The notes under the pieces are model-generated. The model searched no databases and was not told the origin of the DNA. It worked only from the letters and a program-made list of their open reading frames with translations. From Prorocentrum cordatum (Eukaryota): a stretch of 64,000 nt of DNA. The DNA lies in contig CAUYUJ010000311.1 in assembly GCA_963575745.1 (NCBI GenBank), positions 1-64,000 of the forward strand. Reading direction: 5' to 3'. Made by a program: the position numbers and the translations under genes. Of this stretch, positions 36,418-53,151 are shown piece by piece. How positions within the stretch are numbered: the first letter of the stretch is position 1; each line of letters starts with the position of its first letter.

Positions 36418-37189
36418 CCTCCTCCTCCTCCTCATCTACCTCATATTCTACCTCCTCCTCCTCCTCCTCCTCCTCCTCCTCCCCCTCCTCCTCCTCCTCC
36501 TCCTCCTCATCATCATCATCATCATCATCATCAGCAGCAGCATCATCACCATCATCATCATCATCATCATCCTCCTCCTCCTATCCCATCTCCTCCTCCT
36601 CCTCATCATCATCATCATCAGCAGCAGCATCATCATCCTCCTTGCCCTCCTCCTCTTCCTCCTCCTCCTCCTCCTTCCGCCTCCTCCTCCACCTCATTCC
36701 GCCTCCTCCTCCTCCTCCTCCTCCCCCTCCACCACTACCTCCGCCGCCTCCTCCTCCTCCTCATTCTCCTCCTCCTCCTGCACCTCCCTCCTCCTCATCC
36801 TCCTCCTCATCCTCCTGATCTTCCTACCCCTCCTCCTCCAAGTCTTCGTCGTTTTATCATTATTGTCCTTAGTAGTAGGATTATGATTATTCCTTATGGT
36901 TATTATTGCTATTGATATGATTAGTACTATTACTGTTATTATTAAAAATAGTAGTGCTAATATTACTAATAATGATTTTGCTGTGATTAATATTAAAATT
37001 ATTACTTCCATTATTTTGATGTGTCTGCTTGATAGTTTTATCCTTATTAGTATTCTCAGCATTATAAGTGTCATTATTAATATGGGTATGAGTACTATTC
37101 TTAATACTATGAATAGTTTTCATAATATTCGTCTTCTTATTCCTCCTCCTTCTCCCCCTCCTCATCATCATCATCATCAGCAGCAGCAA

Positions 37190-37230
<41 letters not shown>

Positions 37231-37417
37231 GCATCAGCATCAGCATCAGCATCATCATCATCATCATCATCATCGACATACTCATCATCCCTATCATCAT
37301 CATAATCATCAACAACGTCATCATCGTCAGCAGCAGCATCATCATTATCATCACCATCACCATCACCATCATCACCATCACCATCATCATCACCATCACA
37401 AGCATCATCATGATCAT

Positions 37418-37450
<33 letters not shown>

Positions 37451-37721
37451 CATGATCATCATCAGCAGCATCATAATCAGCATCATCATCATCAGCAGTA
37501 TCATCATTTTCAGCATCAGCACCAGCATCAGCATCAGCATCAGCATCCTCATCATCATCACCATCATCATTATCATGATCATCGTCATCGTCATCGGCAT
37601 CATCATCAGCACCATCATCAGTATCATCATCATCATCAGCAGCACAATCATCATCATCAACATCACCATCAACATCAGCATCATCATTACCAGCATCATC
37701 ATCATATTCATCATCATCATC

Positions 37722-37752
<31 letters not shown>

Positions 37753-37907
37753 ACATTATCATCAGCATCATCATCATCAGCATCATCATCGGCATCATCA
37801 TCATCATCGTCATCATCATCGTCACCGGCACCGCCATCATGATCATCATCAGCAACATCATCAGCAGCAGCATCCCCATCGTCATCATCAGCATTATTAT
37901 CAGCCTC

Positions 37908-37938
<31 letters not shown>

Positions 37939-38334
37939 CTGGCATCGTCATCACCGTCATCATGATCAAAATCATCAGCACCATCATCGGCATCAGCATC
38001 GGCATCAGCATCAGTATCAGCATCAGCATCAGCATCATCATCATGATTAGCATCATAAGCAGCATCAGCATCCTCATCATCATCATCACCATCATCACCA
38101 TCATCAGCATTATCCTGATCAACATCCTCATCATCATCCTCATCCGCATCCTCATTATCATCATTGTCATCATCATCATCATTATCATCTCCAGCATCAT
38201 CAGTGTCATCATCATCATCATCATCATCACCATCATCATAATCATCATCATCCACATCAGCATCATAATCATCATCATCGTCATCCTCATCATCCTCATC
38301 ATCATCATCAGCATCATCATCACTGGCATCGTCG

Positions 38335-38387
<53 letters not shown>

Positions 38388-38582
38388 TGCATCATCATCA
38401 CCATCATCCCTCCACCCTCCTCCCTCATCCCGCCTCCCTCCTCCGTCCTCCATCCTCCCTCCCCCCTTCTCCCTCCTCCCTTCTCCCAACTCCCTCCGCC
38501 CTCCTCCCGCCTCCATCCTTCGCCTCCTCCTCCTCATTAGCATCATCATCAGTAGCAGCACAAGCATCAGCATCAGCATCAG

Positions 38583-38649
<67 letters not shown>

Positions 38650-38653
38650 TCAG

Positions 38654-38721
<68 letters not shown>

Positions 38722-38730
38722 GCATCATCG

Positions 38731-38766
<36 letters not shown>

Positions 38767-38767
38767 G

Positions 38768-38839
<72 letters not shown>

Positions 38840-39070
38840 ATGTATCAGCATCACCATCATCATCGTCGTCGTCAGAACCATCATCAGCAGCAGCATCCCC
38901 ACCGTCATCATCAGCATCATCAACAGCAGCAGCACAAGCATCAGCAGAATCATCAGCATCATCACCATCATCAGCATCATCACCGTCAGCAGCATCATCA
39001 TTGTCAGTATCAGCATCCTCGTCATCGCCCTCATCATCATGATCATAATCGTCATAATCCACATCATTAA

Positions 39071-39103
<33 letters not shown>

Positions 39104-39487
39104 GATAACCATCATCATCACCATCATCATCACCATCATCATCATCATAGTCATCCTCGTCCTCGTCCTCCTCCCCTTCAACAGCTGTACACCCCTATTA
39201 CAATGGAGCTTGGAGTGAGGGGTTTTACCAACATCGTTGATGACCCTTGGGTTTGCACTGGCCCTCCTCCTCCTCCTCCTCCTCCACATCCTCATCATCA
39301 TCCTCCTCCGCGTCCTCCTCCTCTTCCTCCCTTCTCCTCCTCCAACTCCTCATCCTCATCCTCTGCATATCTCCGCATCTTCCTCCTCAGCCTCCACCTC
39401 CACATCCCAATCCTCATCCTCATCATCATCCTCATCATCATCATCGTCGTCATCATCACCATCAGCATCAAGATCATCATCATCACT

Positions 39488-39518
<31 letters not shown>

Positions 39519-40051
39519 GCATCATCATCACCATCACCATCATCATCATCGTCAGCAGCAGCAGCATCAGCATCATAATCATCATCAGCAGCATCAACAT
39601 CAGCATCATCATCATCATCATCACCAGCATCAGCATCATCATCATCATCGTCCTCGTCCTCGTCCTCGTCCTCCTCCTCCTCCTCCCGCTCCTCCTCATC
39701 CTCCTCCTCCTCCTCCTCCTCCTCCTCCTCATCCTCCTCCTCCTCCCACCACTTCTCTCCTCCGCCTCCTCCTCCGCCTCCTCCTCCTCCTTCGCCTTTC
39801 CCATCCTCCTCCTCCTCCTCATCATCATCACCATCATCATCAGCATCGGCATCATCAGTCTCCTCCTCCTCCTCCTCACGCACCAGAAAAGAAGGGAGAA
39901 GACAGAGGCGGGCCACCATCATCAGCATCATCATCGTCCTCGTCCTCGTTCTCGTCCTCGTCCTCGTCCTCCTCCTCCTCCTCCGCCTCCGCCTCCTCCT
40001 CCTCGTCCTCCTCCTCCTCCTCCTCTCTCCTCCTCCTCCTCCTCCTCCTCC

Positions 40052-40102
<51 letters not shown>

Positions 40103-40110
40103 CCATCATC

Positions 40111-40177
<67 letters not shown>

Positions 40178-40178
40178 G

Positions 40179-40219
<41 letters not shown>

Positions 40220-40220
40220 G

Positions 40221-40252
<32 letters not shown>

Positions 40253-40516
40253 CCCTCCCCCTTCTCTTCCTCCTCCTCCTCCTCGTCCTCCTCCTCCTCC
40301 TCGTCCTCCTCTCCTCCTCCTCATCATCATCAGCAGCATCAGCAGCATCATCATCATCGCCATCACCATCACCATCACCATCACCAGCATCATCATCATC
40401 ATTATCATCATTAGCATCAGCATCAGCATCATCATCATCCTCATCCTCATCCTCATCCTCATCATCATCCTCATCATCATCAGCATCATCATCATCATCA
40501 GCATCATCATCATCAG

Positions 40517-40556
<40 letters not shown>

Positions 40557-41522
40557 GTCATCATCGTCATCCTCAGATTCATCGTCATCATCATCATCAC
40601 CATCATCATCAGCATCATCATCAAAGGCAGCACATGCATGAGCAGAATCATCATCAGCAGCATCATCATAATCAGCATAGTCATCGTCATCAGCATCATC
40701 AGCAGCATAAACAGCAGCAGCCCCATCATCACCACCACCATCATCATCATCATCATCATCATAGTCATCATCATCATCAGCAGCATCATCAGCATCAGAA
40801 TCTTCATCATCCGCATCATCATCATCAGCATAAACAGAAGAAGCATCCTCTTCCTGCTCCTCATCCTCATCATCATCAACATCCTCATCAACATCATCAT
40901 CATCATCATCATATTCATCGTCATCATCATGATCATCATGATCAGCATCATCAGTGTCGTCATCATCATCATCATCATCATCACCATCATCATCATCGTC
41001 AGCATCATCATCACCACCACCAACACCATCATCATCAGCAGCATCATCATAATCATCATCAGCAGCATCAACATCAACACGATCACCATCATCATCATCA
41101 TCATCAGCAGCAGTAGCAGCATCATCATCATCGTCGGCATCAGCAGCATCATCATCATAATAATCATCGTTATCACCATCATCGTCATCATCAGCATCAT
41201 CGTCACCATCATCAGCATCGTCATCCTCGTCCTCGCCCTCGTCATCCTCGTCAGCACTTGTAGACGCCTATATAAAGGGAGCTTGGAGTGAGCGGTTATA
41301 CCAACATGGTTGATGACTCTTTGGTTCACACTGGTCCTCCTCCTCCTCATCAGCATCATCATCGCTCTCCTCCTCCTCCTCCTCCTCCTCCACCCTCCTC
41401 CTCCTCATCATCATCATCAACATCATCATCATCATCATCATTCTCCTCATCATCATCATCATAATCCTCTTCCTCCTCCTCCTCCTCCTCCTCTTCCTCC
41501 TCCTCCTCCTCCTCCTCCTCTC

Positions 41523-41577
<55 letters not shown>

Positions 41578-41589
41578 TGTCATCATCAT

Positions 41590-41620
<31 letters not shown>

Positions 41621-41950
41621 ATCATCATTACCATCGTCCCTCGTCCTCCTCCTCGTCCTCCCCATCCTCCTCCTACTCCTCCTCCTCCCCCTCCTCCCCC
41701 CCCCTCCCCCTCTTCTTCCTCCTCCTCCTCCTCCTCCCCCTCCTCCTCCTCCTCCTCCTCCTCCTCCTCCCCCTCCTCCTCATCCTCCTCCTCCCCCCCC
41801 ATCCTCCTCCCCATCCTCCTCCCCCTCCTCCTCCTCCTCCTCCTCCTCCTCCTCCTCCTCTCCCCCTCCCCCCCCCTCCTCCTCCTTCTCCTCCTCCTCC
41901 TCCTCCTCCTCCTCATCCACCTCTTCTCCCTCCACCTTCTCCATCTCTGT
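36418..41950. repeat. Compound (CAT)n/(CAG)n/(CCT)n microsatellite field
   Basis: Seen directly. Short unique islands at ~39180-39262, 39880-39917 and 41255-41335. Confidence 0.95.
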
Positions 41951-41952
41951 TC

Positions 41953-42548
41953 CTTATAACTAACTTCTCTCTGTCGCACACCGAGGCTGGTCGAAGGGGC
42001 AGGCCGGGCATTCGCCTGGGACGTCCGCACCATGTATGACGCTGAAGCTCAAACTTGGCAAGAGCTTCACAGATTGACGGCGGGTGGTTCTCGAAATGTG
42101 GTTCTCGTCTTAGCGCTGCGCAGATTCGGCTTAAACATGTGCAAGAGTTTCACGGGTGAAGGGCGGATCTTTTTCAAAATGGAACTCTCGTCTTACACTG
42201 CTCTTTAAGTTATAAAGGCGCCACGGATTCCCATGGCCAACATACCAGAAGTGGCGTGTTGGAAAGATTCCCGATTATGAGCAACAGTTACGTTCGCTCG
42301 CGGTGTTGAAGTCCCACGAATGGCGCTCTGGCACGATTCAGGAACGTCAAGACGCAACGGTCAGGTTGATCCGTGGCGTTGGAGTCCCGAGAATGCTGGT
42401 ATGGCATGCTCCAGGGACTTCAAACGTTTGTCTTCCAACGAGGCAGCTCCCTCAGTGGAGGTGAGTCCTTGTATGGGGCATATGATATGGAAGCCTGCAG
42501 GAAGGGATTAATCCAGCATCACTGATGGCTCTTAATACTACACTGGCC
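41953..42548. mobile_element. Dispersed repeat family, copy 2
   Basis: Same ends and core as 28242-29182, with fewer internal units. Confidence 0.8.
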
Positions 42549-42838
42549 CTCCTCCTCCTCCTCCTCCAATCCTCCTCCTCCTCCTCCTCGTCCTCCTCCT
42601 CCTCCCCTCCTCCTCCTCCTCTCCTCCCCCTCCTCTTCTCCTCTTCCCCCTTCCCCCCCTCCTCCTCCTCCTCTCCTCCTCCTCCTCCTCCTCCTCCTCC
42701 TCCTCCCCCTCCTCCTCCCCCTCCTCTCCCTCCTCCTCCTCCTCCTCCTCCTCCTCCTCCTCCTCGTCCTCCTCGTCCTCCGCCTCCGCCTCCGCCTCCT
42801 CCTCCTCATCATCATCATCCTCTTCCTCCACCACGTTG

Positions 42839-43444
42839 CCTTGTAAATAACTTCACCCTGTCGCACCCCGAGGCAAATTTCAGGGCGGGCTGGGCGAACC
42901 GCTTGAGACTTCCGCACCAATTATGACCCTGAAGCTTAAAACGTGGTAACCGTTTCACGGATGGAGGGCGGGTGGTGTTCGAAATGTGGCTCTCGCCTTA
43001 GCGCCGCGCACATTTGTTTTAAACATGCGTCTAAGCTTCTCACGGATTGAGGGCGGTTCCTTTTCAAAGTGTGGCTCTCGCCTTAGCGCCGCGCACATTC
43101 CATTTTAAAGTTTGCAAGAGTTTCACGGATTCCCATGATCAGCGTACCAGAAGTGGCGTGTTGGAAAGATTCAGGATTATGAGGGTGCGTTCGCTCGCGG
43201 TGTTGAAGTCCCAGGAATGGCGTTCTGGCACGATTCAGGCTCGCCAAGGCGCAACGGTCAGGTTGATCCGTGGCGTTGGAATCCCGAGAACAATGTCTTG
43301 GCATGCTTCAGGGACGTCACACGGTTGTCTTCCAACGAGGCAATTCCCTCAGTGGAAATGAACAGTTGCAGACGCCTATGGAAAGGGAGCTTGGAGTTAG
43401 GGGTTATACCGACATCGTTGACGACTCTTGGGTTTACACTGGTC
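42839..43444. mobile_element. Dispersed repeat family, copy 3
   Basis: Same ends and core as 28242-29182. Confidence 0.8.
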
Positions 43445-43918
43445 CTCCTCCTCCTCCTCCTCCTCCTCCTCCTCCTCCTCCTCCTCCTCCTCCCTCCTCC
43501 TCTTCCTCCTCCTCCTTCTCCTCCTCCTCCTCCTCCTCCTCCTCCTCCTCCTCCTCCTCATCATCATCATCATCATCATCATCAACAACAGCAGCATGAG
43601 CATCAGCATCAGCATCATCATCAGTATCATCACCATCATCATCATCATCATCATCATCATCAGCATCATCATCAGCATCATCATCATCAGCATCATCAGC
43701 ATCAGCATCAGCAGCATCATCAGCATCGTCATCATCATCATCATCCTCCTCCTCCTCATCATCATCATCATCACCATCATCATCATCCACAACAACATCA
43801 TCATCATCATCATCACCATCATCAGCATCATCATCAACGTCATCAGCATCATCATCAGCAGCATCATCATCATATACGTCATCATCACCATCATCGTAAT
43901 CAGCATCGTCTTCCACAA

Positions 43919-43966
<48 letters not shown>

Positions 43967-46760
43967 AAGCAGCATGGTATGCAGCCTCAGCATCATCAGC
44001 ATCAGCATCGTCATCATCAGCATGAGCAGCATCATCAGCAACATCATTTCATTCACAGCATCATCATCAGCATCATCAACGCCAACACAACCAGTATCAG
44101 CATAATAATCGGGAGCATCAGCATCAGTATTGTCAAACTCAGCATCATCATAAGTATCAGCCTTATCATCATCAGCAGCAGCATCATCAGCATCGTCAGG
44201 AACAGCCTGACCGTGATCAACCTCATCATCATCAGAATCATCAGTATCATCAGCATCAGCATCAGCAGCATCATCATCATCGTCGTCGTCAGTATCGTCA
44301 TCATCTTCAGCATCATCAGCATCAGCATCATCAGCAGCATCGTCGCCATCAGCATCAGCATCATCAGCAGCATCATCATCGTCATCGTCAGAGTCATCAG
44401 CATCATCATGATCATGAGCCTCATCAGCAAAATCATCATCAGCATCAGCATTATCATCAGCATCATCTAAAAGCATATCTTCGTCAACATGAAGATGTTC
44501 GAGTGTTGGGGCATTATCCTCCCTCGCCGGCGAGAAAGTCCTTGTATCCAACCACAAAGAGGAACCCTGATCATCATCAGCAGCATCATCAGCATCATCA
44601 GCATCATCATCAGGAACCCTGACCATCATCAGCAGGTATCCATCAGCATCATCAGCAGCATCCGCATCAGCATCATCATCATGATCAGTATCATCATCAG
44701 CATCATCATCATCATGATCAGCAGCCTCATCATCATCATCGGCATCGTGAACATCATCATTCTCGTCATCATAATCAGCAGCAGCATCAGCAGAAACAGC
44801 ATCATCATCAGCAGCATCCTCAACATCGTCATCATCGTCATCATCAACATCAGCATCATCACAACCATCAGCATCAGCATCATCATCCTTAGCAGCAGCA
44901 TCATCATTATCAGCATCATCAGCATCATCGTCAGCATCATCAGGATCATCCGCATCATCAGCAACATCATCGTCATCAGCATCATCAGCATCATCAGCAT
45001 CATCATCGTCAGCATGGTCATCATCATCAGCATCATCATCAGCATCATCAGCATCGGCATCGTCCTCAGCATCATCAGCATCAGCATCCTCATAGTCATC
45101 GTCAGCATCATCAGCACCTTCATCATGATCACAGCACTATCAGCATCATTATCATCAGCCTCAGCATCAGCACCAGCATCAGCATCCGCATCATCAGCAG
45201 TATCAGCATCCTCATCACCAGCATCAGAATTATCACAACCATCAGCATCGTCGTCATAATCATCAGCATCATCAGCATCATCATCAGCAGCATCAGCATC
45301 AGCACCAGCATCACCATCAGAATCATCATCAGCATCATCAGCAGCATCAGCATCATCAGCATCATCATCATCAGCAGCGTCATCAACATCATCAGCATCG
45401 TGGGCATCGTCATCCTCGTCATCAGTATAATCAGCAGCAGCAGCAGCAGCAGGAACGTCATCATCGTCAGCAGCATCATCAGCATCATCAGCATCATAAT
45501 CATCGTCATCGTCATCAGCACCACAACCACCACCGTCATCGAGATCATCATAATCATCATCATCAGCATCAGCAGCAGCCTTAGCATCATCCTCAGCATC
45601 GTCCTTCGTATTATCAACATCAACATCATCATTATCAGATGTATCATCATCAGCAGCAGCAGCCACATCATCACCATCATCATCAGCATCATCACCAGCA
45701 TCAGTATCAGCATCAGCAGCATCATCAGCAGCAGCATCAACATGATGCTAATCATGATCATGGTCATCAGCAGCATAATCATCGTCAGCATCATCATCAC
45801 CATCAGAACCATCACCATCATCGTCGCTACCTTCAGCAGCAACAGCATCATCAACAACAGCATCAACAACATCATCATCAGCATCATCATCATCAGCATC
45901 AGCATTCTCATTATCATCATCAGCAGGAGCAGCATCATCATCAGTAGTGGTCTCATCTTCCTACTCCTCCTCCTCCTCTTCCTCCTCCTCCTCAACCTCC
46001 GCTGTCTCCGCAGTCTCCTCCGCCTCCTCCTCATCCTCATCATCATCATAATGTTCCTCCTCCTACTCAACATCCTCGTCCTCCGTCCCATCCTCCTCTT
46101 ACCAGTACCCAAGCTAGACACTAACGATCCTCTTACAAGCGGCGCGTCCTTCTCCTCCTCCTCCTCCTCCTCCTCCTTCGCCTTCGCCTCCTCATCATCC
46201 TCCTCATCCGCCTCATCCTCCTCCTCATCACCATCCTCCTCCTCCTGGTCCTCGTCCTCCACCTCCTCCTCCTCCNNNNNNNNNNNNNNNNNNNNNNNNN
46301 NNNNNNNNNNNNNNNNNNNNNNNNNNNNNNNNNNNNNNNNNNNNNNNNNNNNNNNNNNNNNNNNNNNNNNNNNNNCTCCGTCCTCCGTCATCATCCTCCT
46401 CCCTCCTCATTCTTCCCGCCTCCCTCCTTATCCCACCCCCCCTCTTCCCCCTCCCTCCTTCCTCCTCCTCCTCCCTTCTCACTCATCCTTCCTCCCTCCT
46501 CCTCCTCCTCCTCGTCATTCCTCCCTCATCCACCCTCAGCCCTCCTCCCTCCTCCCTCCTTCCTTATCCCTCCTCCCTCCTCCCTCCCTCCCTCCTCCCT
46601 CCCTCCGCCTTCATTCCCTTTTCCCTCCTTCACCATCAGGCCTCCTCCCTCCTTCCTCATCCCTCATTCCTCCACTCTCCTCCCTCTTCCGTCTTCCCTC
46701 CTCCCTCCTCACTCTTCACTCCCTCCTCCTTCCTCCCTCTTCCCTCCATCCCTCCCCCCA
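43445..46760. repeat. (CAT/CAG/CCT)n microsatellite field containing a 100-N assembly gap (46276-46375)
   Basis: Seen directly. Confidence 0.95.
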
Positions 46761-48027
46761 CTTATATCCCAGACCACTTCCTTTGGGCGGCCAAATTCCT
46801 GGTCTTGGTCTTGGGTTCCTGGTAGTACAAAACAATTGGCGTGTGCCGCCAATTACGGTGGGCGACCAGGGTTTCTGGTTCCCAGTTTCAAGTCTTGGCG
46901 AGAGTTCTCCGCTAATTCCAGTGGGCGGTCAGGTTCTTGGACAGAGAAAAACTTAGGAAGACTGGACGGAGTAACATGTGAAAGGCGGATGCATGCTTAT
47001 AGAGAGAGCAGCGTGCATATAACGAATGGATAGAGCAGGGAGAGAGTATACGGCAGAGAGCAGACAAGAAGGGAGCAGAGTATCCGCCACCATGCCGCGA
47101 GGCAGTGAGTGGATTGTTATATACCAGGTCCCTTCCAGCCAGCTGCATTGAGTTTGCAGATAACCACTAGTCAAAGCCCGAGGCCCCGATTTCTCCAGTT
47201 TCTGGCGCTCTCAGGGCTGCAGTCTTGCCTCTTCTCGAGACCTCGGGAGCATGGTTTCGAGTCCATACTTACCACGTGAGATGGCCCCAGAGGACCGTCC
47301 TGGCGCTCTCGGGGGTCTCCTCGATCATCTTAAAGGTCCTGAGGGCGGGCCCAACAGGCGGGAATCATTGAAACGCATTAGGGGGAGGGGGCCCGAACGG
47401 TCTTACATGATCCCAGCGCACGCGTGGCTGGAGTGGGGACGGCGAAGCCGGGAGTGCACGCCGGGAGGGCATCCTAAGAGGGCACGCTGGGAAGGCGCGC
47501 CAGGAAGGCACGCCTGGAGGGCGCGCTGGAAGGGCACGCTGTAAGGGCGCAATGGGGAGGCGGACTGCCTGAAGAAACGCCTGGTCGTAGCTCCGCTTCC
47601 CCCTCATCATCCTCTCCCTCCTGGCTCCCGCACTCTTATCCGCAGTGGAGGACTGCTGAATGTTTCTGCGGTGTTCGCGCACTCTCGCCTTTTCGGCGCT
47701 CAGTGGCCAGGACGGCCCAGGAGACACACGACAGAGCCCCAGAAGGGCATGAGGCGGAGCAGGAGGCGGAGAAGAAGGCGGCGGAAGGCGGAGCAGGGGG
47801 CGGAGGGCGGAGGGCCGGGAAGAGTGCGGAGGACCAGGAGAGGGCGGAGGTGGGGAGGAACGAATGAATGAATTGGCACAGCCTCTCAATGCAAGGTTAA
47901 GGCCGGCATGGCCCCCCCGGGGTGCGGGAGCGGATCCGCCGGTTCCACCACAGTGGAGAAGGCCGGCACTGCCCCCCCGGTCAGTCCGAAGGGGGGGGGG
48001 GGGGGGGACGAACAACACAACACAACA

Positions 48028-49415
48028 TCCTAGGGCATCCTTTGGGAATCCTTAGGGAATCCCTAAGGAATCCTAGGGGATCCTTAGGGAATCCTTAGGG
48101 ACTCCTTAGGGAATCCTTAAAAATCCTTTAAAATCCGTAGGGGGTCCTGAGGGAATCCTTCAGAATCCCGAGGGACTCCTGGAGGAATCCTTAGGGAATC
48201 CTTCAGAATCCCTAAGGACTCCTGAGGGAATCCTTCAGAATTCCTAGGGGCTCCTTAGGGAATCCTTAAGCATCCCTTGGGCATCCTTCAGGAATCCTTA
48301 AGAATCCATGCGAAGTCCTCCGGGAATCCTCAAGAATCCCTAAATAGTCCTTCAGAACCCCTAGGGAATCCTTAAGACTCGCTGGGGAATCCCTAGGGAC
48401 TCCTTAAGCATCCCTGAGGAAGCCTTAAAAATCCCGAAGGAATCCTTCAAAATCCCAAAAGGAATTCCGAAGGAATCCTTCAGACTCCCTAGGGACTCCC
48501 GAAGGAATCCCTCGGGGATCCTTCAGAATCCTTAAGAAATCCTTACGAATCCCTAAGGAATCCTTGAGATTCCCTAAGGAGTCCCTAGGGAATCCTTAAG
48601 AATCCTTAAGGAAGCCTTTGGGAATCCTGACGGAATCCTTACGGAATCCGTAAGGAATCATCAAGAATCCCTAAGGGATCCTCCGGGAATCCTCCGGGAA
48701 TCCTCCGGGAATCCTTCAGAATCCGTAATGAATCCCTCGGGAATCCTTAAGAACCCCTAGGGCATCCTTCAGAATCCCTAAGGAATCCTCAGGGCATCCT
48801 TAAGAAGCCCTAGGGACTCCTTAGGGAATCCTTCAGAATCCTGAAGAAACATTAGGAAACCTGAAGGAACCCTCAGGGAAACCTTAAGAATCCTTTGGGG
48901 ATCCTGAAGGAATCCTCAAGGAATCATCAGGGAATCCTTGAGAATCCTTAGGGAATCCTTAAGGACTCCTCAGGGAATCTGTTGGAATCATTCGGGGATC
49001 CTTGAGAATCCCTCAGAAATCTTCAAGAATCCATAGGGCAACCTCAAGGAATCCTTCGGGAACCCAAGGAATCCTTAAGAGTCCCTTAGGAATCCTTAAG
49101 GAATCCTTCAGAATCCTCCAGGGAATCCAAAAAAGAATCCGTAGGGAATCCTCTGGGAAGCCTTAAGCATCCCTGAGGAATCCTTTGGGGATCCTCAGGG
49201 AATCCCTTAGATTCCCGAGTGAATCTTTAAGAATCCTCACGGTATCCGTAGGGAATCCTGAAGAACCCCTGAAGTATCCTTATGGAATCCTCAAGATCCC
49301 CTAGGTATGCTTGGGGACTGCTTAACACCCCCTAAGGTATCATTTGGGATTCCTTCAACATTCCGAAGCGGATCCCTAAGAATCCTCATGGAACCCTTAA
49401 GAATCCCTGAGGTAT
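48028..49415. repeat. Degenerate ~10-11 bp satellite (GGAATCCTTAA / GGAATCCCTAG)
   Basis: Continuous gaatcct variants over ~1.4 kb. Confidence 0.9.
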
Positions 49416-49459
49416 CTGTAGTCTGGGTATGAGTTGTGGTACTCAACATACTAATGGAG

Positions 49460-51247
<1,788 letters not shown>

Positions 51248-51527
51248 CAAGCTAGCCAGCTCGAGCGAGTCAAGCATGGCATGCCCAGTCCCACCCGCCC
51301 TCCCACAACATAAGAAGCAAAGCTGGCACAACTGGGGGCCGAAGTCACACCGGCCAGCCGGTTTGGTACAGCTGATGCGGCCGCGATGGCGGTTGCCGAC
51401 GGGAACTGGCGAGCGCGTGTTGAATGCCGCGCACGCATTGCCAGACGAGTCGAGAATGGCCCGGTACACCGCAGGAAGCCAGAGGTGGCCGGAGGAAGCC
51501 CGACGGTCTGACAGGACACCCCAAAGC

Positions 51528-51908
51528 ATTTTTGTGAAAAAGCATTGGGTTTTTGATGTTTTTATGTTGAAATGCTTGCAAACACACGGTGTTCGGTAGG
51601 ATTCTGACATGAACGCGCGAGTGTGCTCTTTGTGGTATTTTTTGCACAGGATTCGCGGCCTGGGTGCATGACAGAGCATCGCGAGTGCACCGCGCGATGA
51701 CGTGAAATCGCTGGATTTGACAGAATTCTTAAGATTCCTATGGTTTTCCTATGATTTCAGCAAGAGAGCCCGGGCGGGAAATTTGTACAATTTTTGTGAA
51801 AAAGCATTGGGTTTTTGATGTTTTTATGTTGAAATGCTTGCAAACACACGGTGTTCGGTAGGATTCTGACATGAACGCGCGCGTGTGCTCTTTGTGGTAT
51901 TTTTTGCA
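51528..51908. repeat. 119-bp direct duplication (51528-51646 and 51790-51908, one mismatch)
   Basis: atttttgtgaaaaagcattgggtttttgatg...gtgtgctctttgtggtattttttgca occurs twice. Confidence 0.9.
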
Positions 51909-52085
51909 ATGGATTATCGCCGTGGACGACAGGACGTCCATGTCGAGAGGAAAAAATAAGAAAAATGTTGATTTTGTATTGTTTTTTACAGGTTAGGATG
52001 GGACCACCCGGATGCGGCCCCTATCTGCCGGCCTGAGGGGGGAGTAGGAGTATATTCTAATAAGGAATAAGGATAAGAGTAGAAG

Positions 52086-52185
<100 letters not shown>

Positions 52186-52201
52186 ATAGTAGTAGTAATA
52201 A

Positions 52202-52237
<36 letters not shown>

Positions 52238-52311
52238 TGGTAGTGGTAGTGATAGTGGTTGTGGTGATGGTAGTGGTAGTGGTAGTGGTAGTGGTAGTGG
52301 TAGTGGTAGTG

Positions 52312-52345
<34 letters not shown>

Positions 52346-52369
52346 CAGCAGTAGTAGTAGTAGTAGTAT

Positions 52370-52437
<68 letters not shown>

Positions 52438-52870
52438 ATAGTAGCCGTCGTGGCACACATGATAAAAATGATGAGGATGGCGGGGGGGACGAGGAGGATC
52501 GGGAGGAGGAGGACGACGACGACGACGAGGGGGAGGAGGAGGACGAGGAAGAAGACGACCAGGAGGTGGAGGACGAAGAAGAAGGAGGAGGATGAGGAGG
52601 AAGAGGGCAAGGAGGAAGGGGAGGAGGATGATGACGAGGGCGAGGAGGATGGGGGGGGGAGGGGGCAGAGGAGGACGGAGGAGAAGGAGGACGAGGAGGA
52701 CGGGGAGGAGGAGGGGGACGAAGATGATGAGGAGGAGAGGGAGGAAGAAGAGGGGGGGAAGGCGGAGGACACACGCAAACCCCCTATAGGGTTGCGTTGT
52801 GTTGTGTTGTGTTGTTCGCCCCCCCCCCCCCTCCCATCTCCCCCCCCCGGGGGGGGCTGCCCCGCCTGTA

Positions 52871-53151
<281 letters not shown>

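Noticed and set aside
36418..46956. Long poly-Met/His/Asp/Ile/Ser ORFs
   Set aside because: Stop-free frames of CAT/CCT microsatellites.
48028..49415. Telomeric repeat
   Set aside because: TTAGGG-like words occur, but the unit is a degenerate 10-11-mer, not a tandem telomere repeat.
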